From: Candidatus Geohabitans tengchongensis
GTDB taxonomy: Bacteria; Sysuimicrobiota; Sysuimicrobiia; Sysuimicrobiales; Humicultoraceae
Assembly (NCBI GenBank): GCA_031459625.1
Contig: JAVKIH010000002.1
Span: 137,272-201,271 of the forward strand
Length of the DNA stretch: 64,000 nt
Reading direction: 5' to 3'
Shown: positions 9,770-18,212 of the stretch, one piece after another
How positions within the stretch are numbered: position 1 is the first letter of the stretch
Layout: every line of letters begins with the position of its first letter
The notes under the pieces: generated by a model
Database searches by the model: none
What the model was told of the DNA's origin: nothing
What the model saw: only the letters and a program-made list of their open reading frames with translations
Made by a program: the position numbers and the translations under genes

Positions 9770-10804
9770 CTACAGCACGCCCGTCTCGCGCAGCAGCCGC
9801 AGCGTCTCCTCCAGGGCTTGCAGGTGGTTCAGGTCGACCCCGGGGGTGCGGATGCGGTCGAGCGGCACGAGGCGCGGGTCCGCGGGCACCCCGGCGACGA
9901 GCGGGTACTCGAAGGTCTCGCGGGCGAAGTACCGCTGCGCCTCGGGCGAGAGGAAGAAGGCGACCAGCCGCTGCGCCTCGGCGCTCTGGCGCGAGGTGTC
10001 CACGATCCCCGCCCCGGCCACGTTCACCAGGTTGCCGGCGTCCGGACCCGGGAAGTGGTAGTTGCGCACCGGGAAGGCCTCGCCGCGCTCCTCCAGGAAC
10101 CGGTAGAGGTAGTAGTGGTTCACGAAGCCCACGTCGACCTCGCCGGCGCCGACTGCGGCCACGATGGCGGTGTTGTTGCGGTAGACGCGGGGGGCGTTGG
10201 CCTTGACGGCCAGCAGCCACCGCCGCGTGCGCTCCGTCCCCCACAGGAGGCGCAGCGCGGTGACGTGCGCCTGGAAGGAGCCGTTCGTGGGCGCCCAGCC
10301 GATGCGCCCGCGCCAGCGCGGGTCGGCGAAGCCGGCCAGGGAGTCGGGCAGGTCGGCCGGGCGCAGCCGACGGGTGTTGTAGGCGACCACCCGGGCGCGC
10401 CCGCTCACCCCCACCCAGAGCCCGTCCTTCGACCGGAAGCGCGGCTCCACCCGGGCGAGGAGGCTGTCCGGCAGGCGGCGCAGCCGGCCGGCGTAGGCCA
10501 GCGCGCCGAGCGCTCCGGCGTCCTGGGCGATGTAGACGTCGGCGGGGCTGTTCGGTCCCTCCTCCATGATGGTGGCGGCCAGCTCGGCGGTCTCGCCGTA
10601 GCGGACCCGCACCCCGATCCCCGTGCTCTGGCTGAACTGCTGCAGGAGCGGGCCGATCAGCTCCTGGGTGCGGCCGGAGTAGATGGTGAGCGCGGGCGCC
10701 TGCGCGAGGACCGCCGCCGGTCCCCCCGGCCAGGCCAGGACCAGCGCGAGCAGTCCCCCCACCGCCGCGACACCTCCCCACCTCGCCTCTCCGAACCTGC
10801 GCAC
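9770..10804 (-). CDS. Fe(III) ABC transporter substrate-binding protein (FbpA/FutA-like)
   Basis: Signal peptide, TIYSGR, SPADV, NHYY iron-ligand motif, FEYP. Confidence 0.9.
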   Translation of the reverse strand: MRRFGEARWGGVAAVGGLLALVLAWPGGPAAVLAQAPALTIYSGRTQELIGPLLQQFSQSTGIGVRVRYGETAELAATIMEEGPNSPADVYIAQDAGALGALAYAGRLRRLPDSLLARVEPRFRSKDGLWVGVSGRARVVAYNTRRLRPADLPDSLAGFADPRWRGRIGWAPTNGSFQAHVTALRLLWGTERTRRWLLAVKANAPRVYRNNTAIVAAVGAGEVDVGFVNHYYLYRFLEERGEAFPVRNYHFPGPDAGNLVNVAGAGIVDTSRQSAEAQRLVAFFLSPEAQRYFARETFEYPLVAGVPADPRLVPLDRIRTPGVDLNHLQALEETLRLLRETGVL

Positions 10805-10904
10805 CGCCTGACCACCCCCCTCCTGGCTCCCTGCGACGCTTCCCGGCCCGCCCGTCCTCGCGCCGGGCCGGAGAGCCGGCCCGGGCTGGAGAACCGGCCG
10901 CGGC

Positions 10905-10960
10905 TAGGCTATCCTTATTGTTGACCTGGGAACAACAGAATGGCCGAACAATCGTTGTTA
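10905..10960 (-). promoter_or_regulatory. Iron-uptake promoter (TTGTTC-N18-TAGCCT) plus 7-1-7-like operator GCCGAACAATCGTTGTTA
   Basis: Same 18-mer and same 38-bp offset to TAGGCTA recur at 62056-62111 upstream of FTR1. Confidence 0.7.
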
Positions 10961-10971
10961 GGACTCTACGG

Positions 10972-11430
10972 ATGCTGACGGCGGCCGAGCTGCGGGAGCG
11001 GTTCCAGGCACGCGGGCTACGCATCACCCCGCAGCGCGACCTGCTCTTCCGCCTGCTGGAGGAGCTGGAGGGGACGCACCCCACGGCCGAGACCCTCCAC
11101 CTGCGGGCCGCCCGGGTGATGCCCTCGATCTCCCTGCGGACGGTCTACGCCATCCTGGAGGAGCTCGCGGAGGTCGGCGCGGTCCGCCCGCTGGAGCTGG
11201 GCACCGGCAGCAAGCGCTTCTGCACCACCGTGACCCGCCACCACCACCTGGTCTGCGACCGCTGCGGGAAGGTGCTGGACGTCTTCGTGAACGTCGGGCC
11301 GGTGGAGATCCCGCCCGAGCAGGCCCGCGGCTTCTGCGTCACGGAGCAGTCCCTGGTCTTCCGCGGTGTCTGCGCGGACTGTCAGCGCATGGCGCCATCG
11401 GCCTCTGCCGAGCCAGCGGCCCGGCCCTGA
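10972..11430 (+). CDS. Fur family transcriptional regulator (PerR-like)
   Basis: RITPQR, HPTAE, ISLRTVY, HHHLVCDRCG, CADC; AGGA RBS before ATG 10972. Confidence 0.92.
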   Translation: MLTAAELRERFQARGLRITPQRDLLFRLLEELEGTHPTAETLHLRAARVMPSISLRTVYAILEELAEVGAVRPLELGTGSKRFCTTVTRHHHLVCDRCGKVLDVFVNVGPVEIPPEQARGFCVTEQSLVFRGVCADCQRMAPSASAEPAARP

Positions 11431-12725
11431 CGTCGATCCCCCAGGACCCCCAGACGAGCCTGCGCGAACTCTTCCTGCTCCGCTCCGACGTCGTCTTCCT
11501 GAACCACGGGGCCTTCGGCGCCTGCCCGCGGCCCGTCTTCGAGGCCTACCAGCGGTGGCAGCGCGACCTCGAGGCCCAGCCGGTGGAGTTCCTCGGCCGC
11601 CGATTCCCCGACCTCATGCGCGAGGCCCGGGGGGCGCTAGCCGCGTTCGTCGGCGCCGACCCCGACGACCTGGTCTACCTGCCCAACGCGACCACCGCGC
11701 TCAACACCGTGGCGCGCTCGCTCCCCCTCCGCCCCGGCGACGAGGTGGTGGGGACCGACCACGAGTACGGCGCGGTAGACCGCCTCTGGCGCTTCGTCTG
11801 TGCGCGCCGCGGGGCGCGCTACGTCCGGGCCAGGGTGCCTGTCCCGGTGGAGACGCCGGCGCAGGTGGTCGAGGCGGTGTGGGCTCACGTCACCGAGCGG
11901 ACGCGGGTGCTGGCCTGCAGCCACCTCACCTCCCCGACCGCCCTGATCTTCCCGCTCGCGGCCCTCCTCCGCCGGGCGCGTGCGGCGGGGATCCTCACCG
12001 TGGTCGACGGCGCGCACGTGCCCGGACAGATCCCCCTCGACCTGCGGGCGCTCGACCCGGACTTCTACGCAGGGAACTGCCACAAGTGGCTCTGCGCGCC
12101 CAAGGGGGCGGGGTTCCTCTACGCGCGCCGGGACCGCCACGGGCTGCTCGAGCCGCTGGTGATCAGCTGGGGGTGGGATCGGGGCGAGGAACGCTCCGGC
12201 GCTGCCGCCCGCGTCCGGTCCGTCACCGAGGACGCCGGAGACGGCACCGCCCGCGGCGACAGCGAGGAGGCGAGGGACGAGGGACGCGAGACGGCGAGAG
12301 GCGGCGGGCTCGTCCTAGGACGGGCGGCCTCACGCCTGGTGGCGGAGCACGAGTGGCAGGGCACGCGCGACATCGCCGCCTGGCTCAGCGTCCCCGAGGC
12401 CATCCGGTTCGTCCAGACACACCTGGGACCGAAGGTCCGCGACCGCTGTCACGCCCTGGCCCGGCGGGCCCGCGTCGAGATCACCGCCCTCACCGGCCTG
12501 CCTCCGCTCAGCCCCGACGATGCGGGCTGGTACGCCCAGATGGTCAGCGTGCCCTTGCCCGTGGCCGACCCCGAGGCCGCGCAGCGGCACCTGCGCGGGG
12601 AGGGGATCGAGGTGCCGGTCTTCCGCTGGACCGACCGCTGCCTGCTCCGGGTGTCGGTGCAGGCCTACAACGAGCCGGCCGACATCGAGCGCCTGGTCGC
12701 GGCGGTGCGACGGCTCCTGGGCTGA
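11427..12725 (+). CDS. Aminotransferase class V PLP enzyme (isopenicillin N epimerase / C-S lyase-like); non-canonical start
   Basis: LRELFLL...FLNHGAFGACP lies in-frame upstream of the first GTG (11583); DGAH, NCHKWLCAPKG, QGTRD. Start either CTG 11427 or ACG 11454. Confidence 0.82.
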   Translation: MTSIPQDPQTSLRELFLLRSDVVFLNHGAFGACPRPVFEAYQRWQRDLEAQPVEFLGRRFPDLMREARGALAAFVGADPDDLVYLPNATTALNTVARSLPLRPGDEVVGTDHEYGAVDRLWRFVCARRGARYVRARVPVPVETPAQVVEAVWAHVTERTRVLACSHLTSPTALIFPLAALLRRARAAGILTVVDGAHVPGQIPLDLRALDPDFYAGNCHKWLCAPKGAGFLYARRDRHGLLEPLVISWGWDRGEERSGAAARVRSVTEDAGDGTARGDSEEARDEGRETARGGGLVLGRAASRLVAEHEWQGTRDIAAWLSVPEAIRFVQTHLGPKVRDRCHALARRARVEITALTGLPPLSPDDAGWYAQMVSVPLPVADPEAAQRHLRGEGIEVPVFRWTDRCLLRVSVQAYNEPADIERLVAAVRRLLG

Positions 12726-12734
12726 CCGGGCACC

Positions 12735-14093
12735 TCAGGGCTGCAGAGGCGCCAGGGCGGCCATCGCCGCCTCCACCGCCTCCTGCGGGTAGGCGAAGTC
12801 CTCCAGCCGGCCGGCCAGGAACTCCTCGTAGGCGCGCAGGTCGAAGTGCCCGTGCCCGCTCAGGTTGAAGAGGATCACCCGCCGCTCGCCGCGCTCGCGC
12901 GCCTCCACCGCCTCGTCGATGACCCGGCGGACGGCGTGCGCCGACTCCGGTGCCGGCACGATCCCCTCGGCCCGGGCGAACTGCACCGCCGCCTCGAAGA
13001 CGGCCCGCTGCGGGTACGCCGCCGCCTCGATGTACCCGTGGTCGTAGAGCAGGCACAGCGACGGCGCGTCGCCGTGGTAGCGCAGCCCGCCGGCGTGGAT
13101 CCCGGGCGGCACGAAGGTGTGGCCGAGCGTGTACATCTTGAAGAGCGGAGTGGTGGCGGCGGTGTCGCCAAAGTCGTAGAGGTAGCGCCCGCGGGTGAGG
13201 GAAGGACAGGCCTCGGGCTCCACCGCCACGAAGCGCGTCTTCGCCCCCTTGAAACGGTCGGGCAGGAAAGGGTAGGCCAGGCCGGAGAAGTTACTCCCCC
13301 CGCCCACGCACCCGATGACCACATCCGGCCCTTCCCCGGCCAGCTCCATCTGCCGGCGGGCCTCCAGCCCGATCACCGTCTGGTGGAGGAGGACATGGTT
13401 GGCCACGCTGCCGATGGCGTACTTGGTGTCGTCGTGGGTAGCGGCGTCCTCCACCGCCTCGCTGATGGCGATGCCGAGGCTGCCCGGCGAGTCGGACTGG
13501 CGCTCCAGGACGTCCCGCCCCGCCCGCGTCCGCTGGCTGGGGCTCGGCACCACCTCGGCGCCCCAGGTCTCCATCATCACGCGGCGGTAGGGCTTCTGCT
13601 CGTACGAGACCCGCACCATATACACGGTGCACGCCAGGTCGAAGAGCCGGCAGGCCAGGGCCAGCGCCGAGCCCCACTGCCCGGCCCCCGTCTCCGTGGT
13701 CAGGCGTCGGGTCCCCGCCTGTCTATTGTAGAAGGCCTGGGCCACGGCGGTGTTGGGCTTGTGGCTGCCGGCCGGGCTCACGCCTTCGTACTTGTAGTAG
13801 ATGTGCGCGGGCGTCTGGAGGGCCTGCTCCAGCCGGTAGGCGCGGTGGAGCGGCGTGGGGCGCCACAGGCGGTAGACGTCGCGCACCGGTTCGGGGATGG
13901 GGATCTCCCGCTCGGTGGAGACCTCCTGGAGGATGATCTCCGTGGGGAAGATGGGAGCCAGGTCGTCGGGACCGATGGGCTGCTTCGTCCCCGGGTGGAG
14001 AACGGGCGGCAGCGGGACGGGCAGGTCGGCCAGGACGTTGTACCAGGCCTTCGGCAGGTCGCGCTCGTCCAGGACGAACTTGGTCTGGGGCAT
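12735..14093 (-). CDS. trpB2: Tryptophan synthase beta chain 2 (TrpB2)
   Basis: [44 protein letters not shown]. Confidence 0.92.
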   Translation of the reverse strand: MPQTKFVLDERDLPKAWYNVLADLPVPLPPVLHPGTKQPIGPDDLAPIFPTEIILQEVSTEREIPIPEPVRDVYRLWRPTPLHRAYRLEQALQTPAHIYYKYEGVSPAGSHKPNTAVAQAFYNRQAGTRRLTTETGAGQWGSALALACRLFDLACTVYMVRVSYEQKPYRRVMMETWGAEVVPSPSQRTRAGRDVLERQSDSPGSLGIAISEAVEDAATHDDTKYAIGSVANHVLLHQTVIGLEARRQMELAGEGPDVVIGCVGGGSNFSGLAYPFLPDRFKGAKTRFVAVEPEACPSLTRGRYLYDFGDTAATTPLFKMYTLGHTFVPPGIHAGGLRYHGDAPSLCLLYDHGYIEAAAYPQRAVFEAAVQFARAEGIVPAPESAHAVRRVIDEAVEARERGERRVILFNLSGHGHFDLRAYEEFLAGRLEDFAYPQEAVEAAMAALAPLQP

Positions 14094-14209
14094 GACACCA
14101 TCCCTCCCGGTCGCACGACAGCTCCGTGCGGTGACTCCCTGAGGAACCCAGCAGGGGCCATTCGCCGCGGCCCGCCCGGCTTCCCGCTGGGCGCCCCCTC
14201 CGCGCCCCC

Positions 14210-14590
14210 CTAGGCGTCAGCCGGCTTCGATGGGGGTTCGATGGGGGCGTGCAGCTCGACCATGCGGCCGTCGGGGTCGTAGAGGTAGGCCGAGCGCCCC
14301 CAGGGAAACCGCGCTGGTCCCAGGACCGCGTAGCCGGCGGTCCGCAGGCGCTCGCACTCCGCCTCCAGGTCGTCCACCTCGAGGGCGATGTGGTCCACGT
14401 CCGCAGGCCAGCCGGGGGCGGGGGGCCCATCGCCGACCGGGTGGACGAGCAGCGTGACTCCGTCCACCGAGAAGTGGTAGGCACCCTGACCCGAGGCCGG
14501 GATCGGGTGCTCCAGCAGGGCGGCGTAGAACGCGGCCACAGCGTCCGGTTGCCTCGTGAACCGGGCCACCTCGCTGATGCGGCGCCTCAT
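14210..14590 (-). CDS. VOC/glyoxalase family protein
   Basis: [44 protein letters not shown]. Confidence 0.85.
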   Translation of the reverse strand: MRRRISEVARFTRQPDAVAAFYAALLEHPIPASGQGAYHFSVDGVTLLVHPVGDGPPAPGWPADVDHIALEVDDLEAECERLRTAGYAVLGPARFPWGRSAYLYDPDGRMVELHAPIEPPSKPADA

Positions 14591-14650
14591 CCCTCCCCCC
14601 TTCACCCCAGTGAACGCCGAGGAGTCCATGACTTCGAAGGCTCTTCACAT

Positions 14651-14690
14651 AGCGTCACTCAGCGTCGCTTAGCGTCACTCAGCGTCGCCG
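14651..14690. repeat. Four 10-bp direct repeats (AGCGTCRCnn), equivalent to two 20-bp units
   Basis: agcgtcactc agcgtcgctt agcgtcactc agcgtcgccg. Confidence 0.85.
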
Positions 14691-14758
14691 TCGGCGCCTC
14701 CTCCAGGGCGGCCGGTCCGGTCCCCATGGCGGGAACGGCGATTCGCGACCTCGCCGCC

Positions 14759-15880
14759 TCACCGCGGAAAACCCTCCCAGGGGCCGTTTGCCGCCAGTCG
14801 TTCCACCTCCGCCCGCGTCGCCCCGGCGATGCCCAGACGGCCCGCATGGAGCCCGACGGCCCGGTAGTCCACGCCGGTGACCACGGAGGCCAGGTGGATG
14901 AGCGCGTCCACCGTGGGCACCGACACGGCCGCGGCCTGCGCGAAGGCGGCCATGGGGACCAGGCCGTAGCCCACGTCCTCCTCGATGTACCGCCCCTCTA
15001 GGTTGGGCGGGGCCTTGATGTACCTGTTCGGGACGCTGTCGCGCAGCGCTTCGAAGACCGACCCGGCCTCCCAGGCGCGGCGCGACGTGAAGCCGGCCCG
15101 GTAGAAGAACTCCAGGAAGGAAGGCGTCTCGACACCGTAGGCCCGGGCGATCGCCTGGCGGTCCCGGTCCAGGGCCTCGATGGCCCGGGCCACCCCCGGG
15201 GTGGTCCCCTCGTAGTAGTAGTAGAACTGCCCGGCGGTGTGCTCGACCCACCCGGTGTTCAGCACCATGCCCGCCGGGTGGAGGACCGCGTTGAAGTTGG
15301 ACAGCGAGGTGACCAGCACCGTGGGGACGGGCTGGAGCTGCGGGTAGTAGCGCGCCAGCCGCCGGCAGGCATCCTCCCTGAGGCGCGCGGGCAGGACGCC
15401 GGCGGCGACGGTGCGGGCGGGCCCGGTGATGTTCACCCTGGTCGGCGAGACCATGCGGCAGATGTAGGTTAGCGTGTTGAACTCGACGACGGGCACCGGA
15501 GGAGCACCGCGGTCGGCGAGCCGCCGGGCGACGTGCAGGGCGCTGCCGGTGTTGCTGGCGTTGAGGACCACCAGCTGGCCGGGCTCCAGGCAGTGCGCCA
15601 GCTGGTCGACGTAGAAGCTCTGACCCGGTGCGGGCACGGTGAGCATGACGACCTCCGCCCCGCGTACCGCCTCGGCCACCTCGGTGGTGATGCGCCCCAC
15701 GGGTACGGTGGCCTCGCCCGGCGCTCCTGTGACCTCCACACCGCCCAGGCGCTGGAAGGGCAGGAGCCGCTCGGGACTCCGGTTGCACAGCGCCACGCGG
15801 AAGCCGCGCAGCCCCAGGTCCGCCGCTGCGGCCACGCCGCCGTTGCCCGCCCCCAGCACCGCCACGTCGATCCGCTCCAC
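14759..15880 (-). CDS. NAD/NADP octopine/nopaline (opine) dehydrogenase family protein
   Basis: GAGNGG, NAVLHP, YYYEG, RYIEEDVGYGL. Confidence 0.88.
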   Translation of the reverse strand: MERIDVAVLGAGNGGVAAAADLGLRGFRVALCNRSPERLLPFQRLGGVEVTGAPGEATVPVGRITTEVAEAVRGAEVVMLTVPAPGQSFYVDQLAHCLEPGQLVVLNASNTGSALHVARRLADRGAPPVPVVEFNTLTYICRMVSPTRVNITGPARTVAAGVLPARLREDACRRLARYYPQLQPVPTVLVTSLSNFNAVLHPAGMVLNTGWVEHTAGQFYYYYEGTTPGVARAIEALDRDRQAIARAYGVETPSFLEFFYRAGFTSRRAWEAGSVFEALRDSVPNRYIKAPPNLEGRYIEEDVGYGLVPMAAFAQAAAVSVPTVDALIHLASVVTGVDYRAVGLHAGRLGIAGATRAEVERLAANGPWEGFPR

Positions 15881-15885
15881 GGCGG

Positions 15886-17043
15886 CTAGCTCCAGGCCAG
15901 GCGGTAACGGCCCAGCTTGTCCGGGTCCACCGTAATCCCCAGCCCCGGCCCTGAGGGCACGCGCAGGGCGCCGGCACGGTATTCGAAGGGCGCGGCGAGG
16001 AGGTCATCGGTGTAGATCCGACCGGCCACCCGGGTCTGCTCCCGGCCGGCCACCGTGGTGATCGGGATGATGGCCGGCACCGTGACGGCCGCCGACGCTG
16101 CCCCCAGGTGCAGATTGGCCGCGTTGCCGATGCCAAACTCCGCCGAGCCGCCCACGTCGGCCTCCATCCCCGCTGCCTCCAGGACGGCGGCCATCTGGCG
16201 CGCCCGGTACAGGCCGCCCGGTTTGGTCACGTAGAGCGAGACGTACCGCGCCGCACCGGCCTCCCGCAGGTGGAGGACGTCGCGCGGCGTCCAGGCGCTC
16301 TCGTCGGCCATGATGGGGACACTGACCGCGCGGGCGACGGCCGCCAGTTCGTCGATCCCTTCCGTCGGCTGCTCGGCCAGGGCCAGCCCCCACCGCTCCA
16401 GGACCCGGAGGGTCCGGATGGCCACGGGGACGGTGTAGGCCTGGTTGGCGTCGAGCCGGATCTCCACGTCCGGTCCCACGGCTTCCCGCACCGCCTCCAC
16501 GGTGCGGATGTCCCGTGCCGGATCGGGGCCGCCTTTGACCTTGATGTGCGCGATCCCCTCCCCGACGACCTGCCGCGCCTCCTCCACGGCCGCCTCCACG
16601 TCCATCAGGCCGATGCTGTGCCCCACGGGGATCCACTCCCGCACCTTCCCGCCCAGGAGCTCGTAGACCGGGACGCCCAGGGCCCTCCCCTTCAGATCGT
16701 GCAGGGCGATGTCCAGGGCGGCCTTGGCGTAGGGGTGGCCCTTGATGACGCGGTCCATGACCTGATGGACCCGGGGCAGGTCGAAAACGTCCTCCTCCCG
16801 GAGGGCGGGCAGGAGGAGGTCCTGCAGCACGTGGCGCACCGTCTGCGGCGTCTCGCCGTAGTGGGTGCCGTAGGCGCCGCCCCAGTCTGGCAGGCAGGGC
16901 GTCTCTCCCCACCCCTCCAGGCCGTCCTCGCCACGTACCCGCACGACGACGTAGCGGCCGATGGGTCCCTGCAGGCCCGCCCACCGGTGCACCCGGCGGG
17001 TCGGCAGGCCGACCAGCATCACCTCGAGCTCCGCAATCCTCAT
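15886..17043 (-). CDS. Enolase superfamily, muconate cycloisomerase/racemase subgroup
   Basis: GWGE, AKAALDIALHDL, KVK, DANQ, EQP, ADES, PGLGI. Confidence 0.88.
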   Translation of the reverse strand: MRIAELEVMLVGLPTRRVHRWAGLQGPIGRYVVVRVRGEDGLEGWGETPCLPDWGGAYGTHYGETPQTVRHVLQDLLLPALREEDVFDLPRVHQVMDRVIKGHPYAKAALDIALHDLKGRALGVPVYELLGGKVREWIPVGHSIGLMDVEAAVEEARQVVGEGIAHIKVKGGPDPARDIRTVEAVREAVGPDVEIRLDANQAYTVPVAIRTLRVLERWGLALAEQPTEGIDELAAVARAVSVPIMADESAWTPRDVLHLREAGAARYVSLYVTKPGGLYRARQMAAVLEAAGMEADVGGSAEFGIGNAANLHLGAASAAVTVPAIIPITTVAGREQTRVAGRIYTDDLLAAPFEYRAGALRVPSGPGLGITVDPDKLGRYRLAWS

Positions 17044-17930
17044 GCTCCGCCCTCGCCCGCTGCCCGCCGCCGCCCCGCCCTGGCGACCCGGGAGCGGAGG
17101 AAGAGGTAGTCGCCGGCGCGCCGGACGCTGTGGAGGGAGAGGTGGGGCGCCACACCCGGCAGGAAGCCGGCGCCCTCCACCAGGCTCGGACGGGGACGGC
17201 GGCGGGACCCATCGCCGATGATGAGAGGACAGATCGTCAGGAACTCGTCGTCGACGCAGCCGGCCCGCAGCAGGGTGCCGTAGGTCCGCGCGCCCCCCTC
17301 GCACAACAGCGTGCGCACGGCGAACCGCCGGACCAGCATGGCCAGCAGCCGGCGGACCTGCACGGTGGCCGTCCCGAATGCCAAGACCTCCACCCCCCCT
17401 CGCCTGGCTACGGCGCGGGCAGCCTTCACCCCCCTGGTGGTGGTGGCCACGAGGACGCGCTGCCCCGTGCGGAACACCCGGGCCCGGCCGGGCAGCTCAC
17501 CCGTCTGGGAGAGGATGACCAGCAGAGGGACCCGCTCCCGCCCCTCGGCGCGTCGGAGGGCGGCGAAGGCGGCCGCGTCGGCAGGAAAGATGTGTTCCGC
17601 GGTCCACACGTGGGAGGGGGAGGCCCGCAGGGTGCCGTCCCCGACCATCACCGCGTCCGCCCGCGCCCGCAGGAGGCCCATGAGCCAGCGGTCGTGCGGG
17701 TTGCGCTCGCTGACGTCGGCCGCCCCCCTGTGCCCCGGCACGTTGAAGGAGATCCGCCCGTCGTGCGAGGTGGCGAAGTTGACGAAGGTGTAGGGACGGC
17801 GCTCCCCACGGGGCAGCCGCCAGTCTCCACCATAGATGGCCCGAAAGGGCTCCGGCAGGGGGAGATCGCCTTCCTGGTCCCGCTCGAAGAGCAGGGCAAA
17901 GGGCCGACCGGGGCCCGTGGGCGCGATCAC
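17040..17930 (-). CDS. RibD C-terminal / dihydrofolate reductase-like protein
   Basis: VNFATSHDG, RARADAVMVGDGT, LLCEGG. Confidence 0.82.
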   Translation of the reverse strand: MIAPTGPGRPFALLFERDQEGDLPLPEPFRAIYGGDWRLPRGERRPYTFVNFATSHDGRISFNVPGHRGAADVSERNPHDRWLMGLLRARADAVMVGDGTLRASPSHVWTAEHIFPADAAAFAALRRAEGRERVPLLVILSQTGELPGRARVFRTGQRVLVATTTRGVKAARAVARRGGVEVLAFGTATVQVRRLLAMLVRRFAVRTLLCEGGARTYGTLLRAGCVDDEFLTICPLIIGDGSRRRPRPSLVEGAGFLPGVAPHLSLHSVRRAGDYLFLRSRVARAGRRRAAGEGGA

Positions 17931-18202
17931 CGCTCCCCGCTCCGCACCCGCATTGCCTCTTCCGGGGTCGAGGCGATGACGGCGATGGGCGTCCCCACCG
18001 TCACCGTGTGGCCTTCGCGGACCAGGATGCGGGCCACCACGCCGGCACAGGGCGCGGGCAGCTCCACATTCGTCTTCTCGGTTTCCACAATGCAGAGGAC
18101 GTCGCCTTCGGTCACGGGCTCGTCCTCGTCCACCATCCACTCGACGATGCGCCCCTCCGCCATGGTCAGCCCCCACTTCGGCATGCGCACCGTCTCGACC
18201 AT
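17927..18202 (-). CDS. Stand-alone lipoyl-domain protein
   Basis: MPKWGLTMAEG...VETEKT (lipoyl Lys)...GTPIAVI; 91 aa with no E2 catalytic core. Confidence 0.85.
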   Translation of the reverse strand: MVETVRMPKWGLTMAEGRIVEWMVDEDEPVTEGDVLCIVETEKTNVELPAPCAGVVARILVREGHTVTVGTPIAVIASTPEEAMRVRSGER

Positions 18203-18212
18203 GTCCGGCACG

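Noticed and set aside
10899..10917. TAGGCTATCCTTA resembling half of a DtxR/IdeR box
   Set aside because: Only one half matches. It is better explained as the -10 element (TAGCCT) shared with the FTR1 promoter, and no DtxR gene is in the window.
14094..14209. Hairpin before the trpB2 RBS considered as an attenuator or T-box
   Set aside because: No Trp-rich leader ORF, no T-box motif and no U-tract terminator.
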